This document shows, piece by piece, positions 57,337 through 64,000 of a DNA stretch of 64,000 nucleotides. The first letter of the stretch is position 1, and every line of letters starts with the position of its first letter. Made by a program: the position numbers and the translations under genes. Below the pieces are notes generated by a model. The model saw only the letters and a program-made list of their open reading frames with translations. It did not search any database and had not been told where the DNA came from. Origin of the DNA: a virus (taxonomy: Duplodnaviria > Caudoviricetes); the IMG/VR virus record IMGVR_UViG_3300042946_000581, positions 1 to 64,000 of that record, one strand, 5' to 3'.

Positions 57337-57911
57337 AAATACAAATCATGATGATTTGTCTCAATTTCAAATTCATAAGATGAAAAAATACCATCAACAT
57401 CTATACAAGATCTTATATCTTCTTCTGTTACATTTCTATAATAATCAGAATCCCAATCTTCTCTAAATACATTTGGCATAGTAATCCAATTATCTGAAGA
57501 ATTACCTTGTAATGTTAATCGTTTCTCTCTATCTATTTTATCTTGCGTTCTTGTTCCATGAACTGGTCTACCAGTTGTTGCACAAGTAAATATAAAATAA
57601 CCACCCGATTTTAACATCCTTACCGAATTTTGAATACTTTCTTTATAAAACGGATTATGCTCCCAACACTCACAAGATATTATAGTGTCAAATGATTCAT
57701 CAGGAGCATCATATTCATTTGCAGGACAAACAACATCAACTCCTTTTCCTGGCCCTATATCCAGTCCTATAAAATCACAATTATCAAACCACGGTTCTTC
57801 ATTTCCATTAACATCAAATGACCCAATGTCTAATACTTTACAGTTTGTAAATGCTGATGGATATTTTAATTTTAATTTATCTAAGTATGCTTTTTGTTCT
57901 TTATGTGCCAT
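57318..57911 (-). CDS. SAM-dependent methyltransferase (type 11-like)
   Basis: VLDIGSFDVNG, GLDIGPGKGVD, ISCECWEH. Confidence 0.85.
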   Translation of the reverse strand: MAHKEQKAYLDKLKLKYPSAFTNCKVLDIGSFDVNGNEEPWFDNCDFIGLDIGPGKGVDVVCPANEYDAPDESFDTIISCECWEHNPFYKESIQNSVRMLKSGGYFIFTCATTGRPVHGTRTQDKIDREKRLTLQGNSSDNWITMPNVFREDWDSDYYRNVTEEDIRSCIDVDGIFSSYEFEIETNHHDLYFWGIKK

Positions 57912-57912
57912 C

Positions 57913-58584
57913 TTATATTTTTATTTTTTTTATTATGTTAAAAGCTTCAGCTACTTTTAAACCACACTCAAAACCTCTATAATTAGCATGTGACCTTATT
58001 CCAACTTCACCTAGCTTATCTCTTTTAGTTGTTGTATATTGAAGAAGATAATTATCTTTAAATATCTTTATTTTCTCTTCTATTGTATCTTCTATGTCTT
58101 CATATAAATTGGGCTGAAATTTACTTGATGGATCTGACCATGTTGAAGTAGGTATTTCATATGAAATTATCTCTAAGATAAGTCCAACTCCTGTTGGTCT
58201 TACCGCTGAAATACAAGCATTATAAACATCTTTATGTTCTTGATGATAAGAAGGTTCTGGTATGTAAATTACATTTGGTTGGTATGTTCTAATTAAATCG
58301 TCTAACCATCTAACAATTTTATATTGTGGTATTTCTTCTAATCTTGTACCATTAGTTTCAAACTTAGATGGTTCTTCGGTTGAAATAAATTCGGCGACTT
58401 TTTTAAATTCCATCCATTGTTCTTCTTCAGTTATTGTTCTATTTAAATGGTGTAAAAATCTGTCAGAACATGACATAACAACTACTTTTATAGTGTCACC
58501 ATTTTTTTTTCTTTTCAATAATGTGCCACCAACTCCGAAAAGTTCATCATCAGTATGTGGCGAAATAACTAAAACTTTTGACAT
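57913..58584 (-). CDS. PIG-L/LmbE family N-deacetylase
   Basis: SPHTDDE..G.GG, HQEH, AEAF. Confidence 0.88.
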   Translation of the reverse strand: MSKVLVISPHTDDELFGVGGTLLKRKKNGDTIKVVVMSCSDRFLHHLNRTITEEEQWMEFKKVAEFISTEEPSKFETNGTRLEEIPQYKIVRWLDDLIRTYQPNVIYIPEPSYHQEHKDVYNACISAVRPTGVGLILEIISYEIPTSTWSDPSSKFQPNLYEDIEDTIEEKIKIFKDNYLLQYTTTKRDKLGEVGIRSHANYRGFECGLKVAEAFNIIKKIKI

Positions 58585-58586
58585 AA

Positions 58587-59246
58587 TTAAATTAATTTTG
58601 AATGTTTTTCATATAATATTTTATCATTTTCATCAAATGCTTGTCCGACAAATCTTCCTTTATTTCTGTTTGTTGGAAATTGTTTTTTATCTGAATTAAA
58701 ATTAAAAAATTCATCGTGAATTAAAGAATTATCTTTAACTAATGGGTAAATTTTTTCTCTTAAGAAGTTTTGGTCAACTTGCCAAAAACTACCTTTAATA
58801 TATTCATCTATTAATTTTATCATTTGCGGTAGTACTCCTTTTTTCGAACCCCACATACCACCTAAAATAGCTGTATTATGATAAGGATGGTCTCTCATTA
58901 TATGAAAACCTTTATCAGAATTTAACCATTCGTCAACCGCAAGTTTTTCTCTTTCAGAGAGTCTTGAATCGCAATCTCTAGATATCATAACATCCACATC
59001 TTCTTCTGAAGCCGGATAAAATCTCCAAAACATACCTGTCCAATCCCCATCAACATCCATCTCAACTACTTCAACATGTGAAAATTGTTTAAGTTGTTCA
59101 ATAACTTTATAATCAGTGCTTTTACCAATATAAAATCTACAAATCCAACCTGAATAAATTATTGGAGATAATTCAGCATTACGTATTGCCCCAATTGTAT
59201 ATATTGGGTTATTACCCCATAAAGAAAAACTTATTATTTTTTTCAT
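58587..59246 (-). CDS. Putative GT-A-like glycosyltransferase
   Basis: ISFSLWG, WRF, RDCDSR, RDHP.H, GGMWG, DQNFL. Confidence 0.65.
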   Translation of the reverse strand: MKKIISFSLWGNNPIYTIGAIRNAELSPIIYSGWICRFYIGKSTDYKVIEQLKQFSHVEVVEMDVDGDWTGMFWRFYPASEEDVDVMISRDCDSRLSEREKLAVDEWLNSDKGFHIMRDHPYHNTAILGGMWGSKKGVLPQMIKLIDEYIKGSFWQVDQNFLREKIYPLVKDNSLIHDEFFNFNSDKKQFPTNRNKGRFVGQAFDENDKILYEKHSKLI

Positions 59247-59902
59247 AGTTCAAAATTTATTTTTTCTCTTCTCTGAAAAACCATTCTGTCTTCTCTATTA
59301 TGAGTTGAATTCAAAGAGTGTATAATATCTCTACCACCATAACCCCAATCAGGATGTTGGTGATGGATAATTACTTTATCTATAAAAATTTGTTTTTTCA
59401 ATAAATTACCAACTGTCATAAATTCATTATCAGCCCAAAGTGATTTATAGTCAGGATGATAGATATATCCAAATCTTTCGTAATATTTTTTACCTAAAAT
59501 ACATAGAGTATTTAAATCTTTTCTATTTCCATCATTGAACCAAAGTATTCCATCTGTGTCAGGATAATTAATGGTCATATTGAATCTTATTTGTTCGTCA
59601 TATCCTTTTTCAATAGGAATCATATCATCAGAGGCAAGTAGAATAATATCCCAATCACCTAATTCAATGTCACGATTAACTGCATGTATTTTATTATTAC
59701 TTTTACCAAAAACAAATCTAAGATTTTCATATGATTTTAATTTATCAATGACTTCTTGGTTATTCATTGAGTCATCATCATAATCTAACGTTATCAAAAA
59801 CTCAATTTTTGATAAATCTGTTGCAAAGTCATAATACTTTTGAAGTACTTCAAAAAATTTATCTTTTCTGTTTCTTGTTGGGAATTTTATTAAAATTTTC
59901 AT
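59243..59902 (-). CDS. GT2-like glycosyltransferase
   Basis: FPTRNR, AVNRD, SDDM, YHPDY.SLWADNE. Confidence 0.75.
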   Translation of the reverse strand: MKILIKFPTRNRKDKFFEVLQKYYDFATDLSKIEFLITLDYDDDSMNNQEVIDKLKSYENLRFVFGKSNNKIHAVNRDIELGDWDIILLASDDMIPIEKGYDEQIRFNMTINYPDTDGILWFNDGNRKDLNTLCILGKKYYERFGYIYHPDYKSLWADNEFMTVGNLLKKQIFIDKVIIHHQHPDWGYGGRDIIHSLNSTHNREDRMVFQRREKINFEL

Positions 59903-59905
59903 ATT

Positions 59906-60472
59906 TTAATGTCTAACATTATACATTACTTCAGGAGTAATTACAAATTTATTTGATTGTTTTTTCAATTCCATCAGAAAATCAAAATCTTCTCCATCTC
60001 TGTTTTGAGAAAAAAACAACTCCTTAAAAATAGTTTTTTTGTAACAAAAAGAAATACCAACTGTTGCAAATTTTAATTCATTTAAATGAAATGGAGGTAA
60101 AACTAAACCATTTTCATATGTCATTCTCCAAACGACAAAATCATTATTACTATACTTTTCAAAAAGTGTTTTCACATAATCTTTATTGATGGTATCGTCA
60201 TCATCCAAGAAACCAATCCATTTAGTATCAACTAATTTTATACCTTCATTTCTAACCAATCCAGATTGTCCATTTTTAGGACCTACTAATCCTGTCTTAT
60301 CAATCTTAATTGTTTTGACTCTATTATCATCAAATGATTCACCATCAACACCATCATAAACAACTATGGCTTTCCAATTTGGTACAGATTGTTGTATCAA
60401 AGATTGTATAGTTCTTTTAAGTGTTGGTCTATTTAATGATGGTATTATAAATGTTATATTATTCTCAATCAT
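59906..60472 (-). CDS. Glycosyltransferase family 2
   Basis: FIIPS.NR, RNEG, FLDDDD, GEDF. Confidence 0.85.
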   Translation of the reverse strand: MIENNITFIIPSLNRPTLKRTIQSLIQQSVPNWKAIVVYDGVDGESFDDNRVKTIKIDKTGLVGPKNGQSGLVRNEGIKLVDTKWIGFLDDDDTINKDYVKTLFEKYSNNDFVVWRMTYENGLVLPPFHLNELKFATVGISFCYKKTIFKELFFSQNRDGEDFDFLMELKKQSNKFVITPEVMYNVRH

Positions 60473-60473
60473 A

Positions 60474-61985
60474 TTATTGTGTAAATAAAATTTTATCTTT
60501 TAATTTCATTAAATTTTTCTTAACAAATGGCGTTAAAGTTTGATTAAAGTCATATTCAATCACTTTCATATTACCCTCAACATATCTAGTTTTACTTTCA
60601 TAATGATATGCACTATGTGTTCCTACATTATAATTTTCAAAACCAACAAGTAATAATTTTAGATTTAATTCAACATCTTCAAAACAATCAATATATTCCT
60701 CGTTAAACATTCCAATTTGTTTGAATGTATTTGTATTAATCATCATCAGTCCTCCTGTATTACCAATAACATTTGTAATATCTTTGTTAAAGTTATAATA
60801 CGAACCTTTGTTTTTATTATCAGCAATAAGTGATTTATTTGATAATTTTAAATAAACTAAAATCCCATCGTGTTGAATTGTATTGTCTTCATAATGTAGT
60901 CTACAACCAACTGTTCCTACTTTAGGTTTAGTCTTAAATACATTTAACATACCTAATACTACATCTGAGTTTAATTTTATATCATTATTACAAAACAAAA
61001 TATATTGATGGTTTTTGGTTAAATGATTTTTAACCACATCATTATTTATCTTTGCAAAATTATAATAATTATATTTGATTAATTTTATATTATCTACACT
61101 ATTAACCAACTCTTCAATTATATTAATTTCTTCTTCACTTGAACCCGTATCTGCAATAAAAATATCAAATAACATAGGATTACAATGTTCATAAAAAGAA
61201 TCAATACATTGAATTAATAATTCTATATTACCTTTTGTTGGTATAATTACCCCAACTTTACCTTTCAATTTAACATCTTTAATTTTGACTTCAGGAGTAT
61301 AAATTGATGTTGGTTTTAAATCCAATGGTAATACATCTTTATATTTTTCAACAAACTTAATTTTACTATCAAAGAATTCTTGATTAGGTTGTCCTACAGA
61401 TTCGTGAGTTATTTCAAATGAAGATGTAACCCCAATTTTAATTCCATCCAAATAGTTTGGAACACAAAATCCGTGGTCATAAAAATGGAACTTACCAATT
61501 GTTTCATCAAATTTATGTTTAATCTTTGTCTTGTCAAAAGATATAAATAACCCATCAATAGTAACAACAGGAATTATAAATGGAAGCTTTGGTGAATAGT
61601 TATTAATCCACTTCTTTTGACCACTAGGATGATGCCAAACTTGTCCAACCATAGTTTGATTCATCCTCTCCCAATAAACCCCTGATTTGGGAAAATAACA
61701 AGAACCAGCCTTCCCAATTACCCCAAATTCGGAGTAATTGGAATAATCCTCCAATAATTTTTTACCCCAATCTTTTTCAAGTTTAATATCGTTATGACAA
61801 CAAACAATGATATCATATATTGATTCAGTTATCCCACTATTGTAAACTTCGGCCAAAGAATATTGATTATTGTTTTGATATTCCAATATCTGAACGTCAT
61901 TAAAACCCACACTATCTAATAGGTGAGTCTTAAATTTTTCATTATATTCTTTGTCCTTATGTGTTGAGTAAATTATTGTTATCAT
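60474..61985 (-). CDS. Two-domain GT2 glycosyltransferase
   Basis: YNSG..CHND..DGLF..FHFYD domain plus IIPT..FCNND..FEDVE..HYES domain. Confidence 0.85.
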   Translation of the reverse strand: MITIIYSTHKDKEYNEKFKTHLLDSVGFNDVQILEYQNNNQYSLAEVYNSGITESIYDIIVCCHNDIKLEKDWGKKLLEDYSNYSEFGVIGKAGSCYFPKSGVYWERMNQTMVGQVWHHPSGQKKWINNYSPKLPFIIPVVTIDGLFISFDKTKIKHKFDETIGKFHFYDHGFCVPNYLDGIKIGVTSSFEITHESVGQPNQEFFDSKIKFVEKYKDVLPLDLKPTSIYTPEVKIKDVKLKGKVGVIIPTKGNIELLIQCIDSFYEHCNPMLFDIFIADTGSSEEEINIIEELVNSVDNIKLIKYNYYNFAKINNDVVKNHLTKNHQYILFCNNDIKLNSDVVLGMLNVFKTKPKVGTVGCRLHYEDNTIQHDGILVYLKLSNKSLIADNKNKGSYYNFNKDITNVIGNTGGLMMINTNTFKQIGMFNEEYIDCFEDVELNLKLLLVGFENYNVGTHSAYHYESKTRYVEGNMKVIEYDFNQTLTPFVKKNLMKLKDKILFTQ

Positions 61986-62697
61986 TATACATAAAATTAA
62001 GTGCTGTTAAATCTTCAATCTCATTAAAATTGTGTGAGATGTGATGTTTAATATCAAGTGTTTGTTTTGAATTTGCTCTACCTCTATTAATTTTTTCATT
62101 AAACTCTTCAATTGTTTTTGAGAAATAATGATTAAGTTGAGCAATATCAATTGACGCATTTTTATTAAATGGTCCTTCATTTTTTAATTTGTTAGTATCA
62201 TACCATTTAGAATTAATACAATGTGGATTTATAAAATGAGAAGTATGATTAAGTTTTGTTATTGTTTTTATATGTTGATTTATTGAATTTTGTCTTTTAG
62301 TAAATCTTTGTAACAAAGAATAATTATTATTAACAACTTCAGTTAATCCATTATCACCAAATAATACCCAATTAATACCTAACGTTGGATAATCTTTATA
62401 ATCGAGTAAAAAATCTTTAATATTTTTATGTTTTTTTAAAACTAAAAACTCATCAACATCAAAAAAAGCAGCCCAATCATATTCAGATTTATACTTAGAC
62501 AAGAATTCATTATAACACTCAACTTGTCTGTGTTTACCATTATATGGTTTTTTTATTATTTTTTCGTTTTCATATTTACAAGTCCAGTCATTTTCAAAAA
62601 TGTATATTTTATCAAAACCTAATTTTAAATGATATTCTACCCATTCCTTTATATAATAGTCTTCATTTTTGGCTATACAAACTAAACAAACTCTCAT
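61957..62697 (-). CDS. GT92/GT2-like glycosyltransferase
   Basis: AKNE..YIKEW.EYH, FFDVDEF, LNHYFSK. Confidence 0.8.
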   Translation of the reverse strand: MRVCLVCIAKNEDYYIKEWVEYHLKLGFDKIYIFENDWTCKYENEKIIKKPYNGKHRQVECYNEFLSKYKSEYDWAAFFDVDEFLVLKKHKNIKDFLLDYKDYPTLGINWVLFGDNGLTEVVNNNYSLLQRFTKRQNSINQHIKTITKLNHTSHFINPHCINSKWYDTNKLKNEGPFNKNASIDIAQLNHYFSKTIEEFNEKINRGRANSKQTLDIKHHISHNFNEIEDLTALNFMYNDNNNLLNT

Positions 62698-63254
62698 TTT
62701 TTTAAAATTGCAATATTGATTAATCCATCTTGGAAATCACTTTTAGTGACTTCATAATTTTTATTTTCTAAAAACTCGTGTAGATATTTATTTTCTCCGT
62801 GAACAAATTCGTAATATATTGTATCAATTTTTATATTATCAAAATCAATACTTTTTATTATTTTATGGTCATAACTTTCAGCATCAACAAATAAAATATC
62901 TAAATGATTAATTGAATATTTTTTAAATATATCACTTATAGTCATACATTTCACATTTAACTCAATAATGTTAGTTTGAACTTTATGTTTTAAAATGTGA
63001 TTTTTATCAATTGATGATAATCTATGATATTTTTCAGATGTATAAAAAGTAATTGTTTTTTCATCAGGATTATCAGTTATAGCAATATTCTCAATAATGA
63101 AATTAAATTTTTGATAACATTTTTTAATACTTTCATTACAAAAATGTAATGGTTCAATAAATAAAAGAAATTCTATATTATTTGGTGGTATCACGTTTAA
63201 AATATCTGTAAGATTATCAAACCCCTTATTTGTACCAATTTGAATTATTTTCAT
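62694..63254 (-). CDS. FkbM-family methyltransferase
   Basis: IQIG.N.G, IEP, N.AI, VDAESYD..I. Confidence 0.8.
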   Translation of the reverse strand: MKIIQIGTNKGFDNLTDILNVIPPNNIEFLLFIEPLHFCNESIKKCYQKFNFIIENIAITDNPDEKTITFYTSEKYHRLSSIDKNHILKHKVQTNIIELNVKCMTISDIFKKYSINHLDILFVDAESYDHKIIKSIDFDNIKIDTIYYEFVHGENKYLHEFLENKNYEVTKSDFQDGLINIAILKK

Positions 63255-63853
63255 ATTCCAGTCGAGCCAAAACCTTTATCCGCTCTGTCAGTTTTATTTA
63301 TTTCTTTTTTATTTACCAAATTAACCCACTTTCCATTAACCACAGAAGTTAATACAGCTTGAGCAATCTTCATTCCTTTATTAACCACAAATTCGTGATT
63401 ATTAACATTGAATAGAATAACCTTAACTTCGCCAGTATAACTATTATCAACAGTACCTGGAGAGTTCAATACCATAAGACCTTGTTTTAATGCCAAACCA
63501 CTCTTTGACCTAACTTGAATTTCAAAACCATCTTGGATTTCAAATGCTAATCCTGTTGAAATTAATGCTCTACCAAATGGGGGTAGGACAACTTCTTCTG
63601 TTGAGTACAAATCAAACCCTGAATCACCATCATAATTATAAGATGGGTCAACTGCTTCAGGATTTAATTTAACGTAACCTAAATCCAATTTGGTTGTATG
63701 ATTTAACATATCATTCTCAAGTTCTTCAAGGTTCAATCCAAACTCTTCATATAATTTATTATAATCAATTTCTTCCCCATTCTCATTAGCTTCAAGTAAG
63801 TGTTGTAATTTTATCGCAAATTCACCAATGTTTTCTAAATTGTCTAAACTCAT
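63251..63853 (-). CDS. dut: dUTPase (trimeric) with acidic N-terminal extension
   Basis: SGFDL, RSKSGLA, GTVDNSYTGE, KIAQ, RADKGFGSTG. Confidence 0.93.
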   Translation of the reverse strand: MSLDNLENIGEFAIKLQHLLEANENGEEIDYNKLYEEFGLNLEELENDMLNHTTKLDLGYVKLNPEAVDPSYNYDGDSGFDLYSTEEVVLPPFGRALISTGLAFEIQDGFEIQVRSKSGLALKQGLMVLNSPGTVDNSYTGEVKVILFNVNNHEFVVNKGMKIAQAVLTSVVNGKWVNLVNKKEINKTDRADKGFGSTGI

Positions 63854-64000
63854 TTTAATTCTTTTAATTTTTTAATTATTTCTATTAATACATTTACATC
63901 TTTTTCACAATATTCTTTTATCCCTTCCAAGTTTTGTTTTTCCCAATATTCATTATGAACATTCTGACCAATTACTTCACCATTCTTTGGTGTCTCAACT
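63850..64000 (-). CDS. 3'-5' exonuclease (PolB exo-like), C-terminal fragment
   Basis: Manual translation ...PKNGEVIGQNVHNEYWEKQNLEGIKEYCEKDV with ExoIII YC..D motif. Confidence 0.7.
   Translation of the reverse strand, partial: VETPKNGEVIGQNVHNEYWEKQNLEGIKEYCEKDVNVLIEIIKKLKELK

Noticed and set aside
1-64000. Stop-codon reassignment, as seen in some jumbo phages
   Set aside because: Core genes are intact in the standard code and end at TAA, TAG (major capsid) or TGA; no clear suppressor tRNA (the TAG-anticodon tRNA is an ordinary Leu)

Overview
AT-rich 64 kb segment of a large T4-like (jumbo) bacteriophage in the standard genetic code. The host is most likely a member of Bacteroidota, based on Bacteroidota-type TTTG-N17-20-TAnnTTTG promoters, A-rich translation starts without Shine-Dalgarno motifs, a Bacteroidota-like bS21 and a DUF4494-like gene. 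In order: (1) 1-4.8 kb, a tRNA cluster (Met x2, Tyr, Gly, Ala, Thr, Arg, Leu, plus aberrant tRNA-like elements) interleaved with a GIY-YIG homing endonuclease, HU, an SGNH hydrolase and several unexplained structured RNAs; (2) 4.8-11 kb, small accessory genes (HD hydrolase, DenV-like glycosylase, membrane proteins, lipoproteins, a late 24-aa cationic peptide); (3) 11-18.5 kb, a tmRNA with an unusually long tag, an M20/M28 peptidase, an N-terminally truncated ClpC, a divergent double-UVR protein, KTSC and a nucleotidyltransferase; (4) 18.5-41.5 kb, the head module (terminase, portal, bS21, prohead protease, scaffold, major capsid, two endonucleases, many putative internal head proteins); (5) 41.5-50 kb, minus-strand tail/baseplate genes and a gp55-like late sigma factor; (6) 50-63 kb, a large glycosyltransferase/methyltransferase/WbqC/PIG-L cluster with PhoH, followed by dUTPase and a partial 3'-5' exonuclease. 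An ATATTTAT motif precedes most late genes. All protein calls come from motif recognition by eye; no database search was run.
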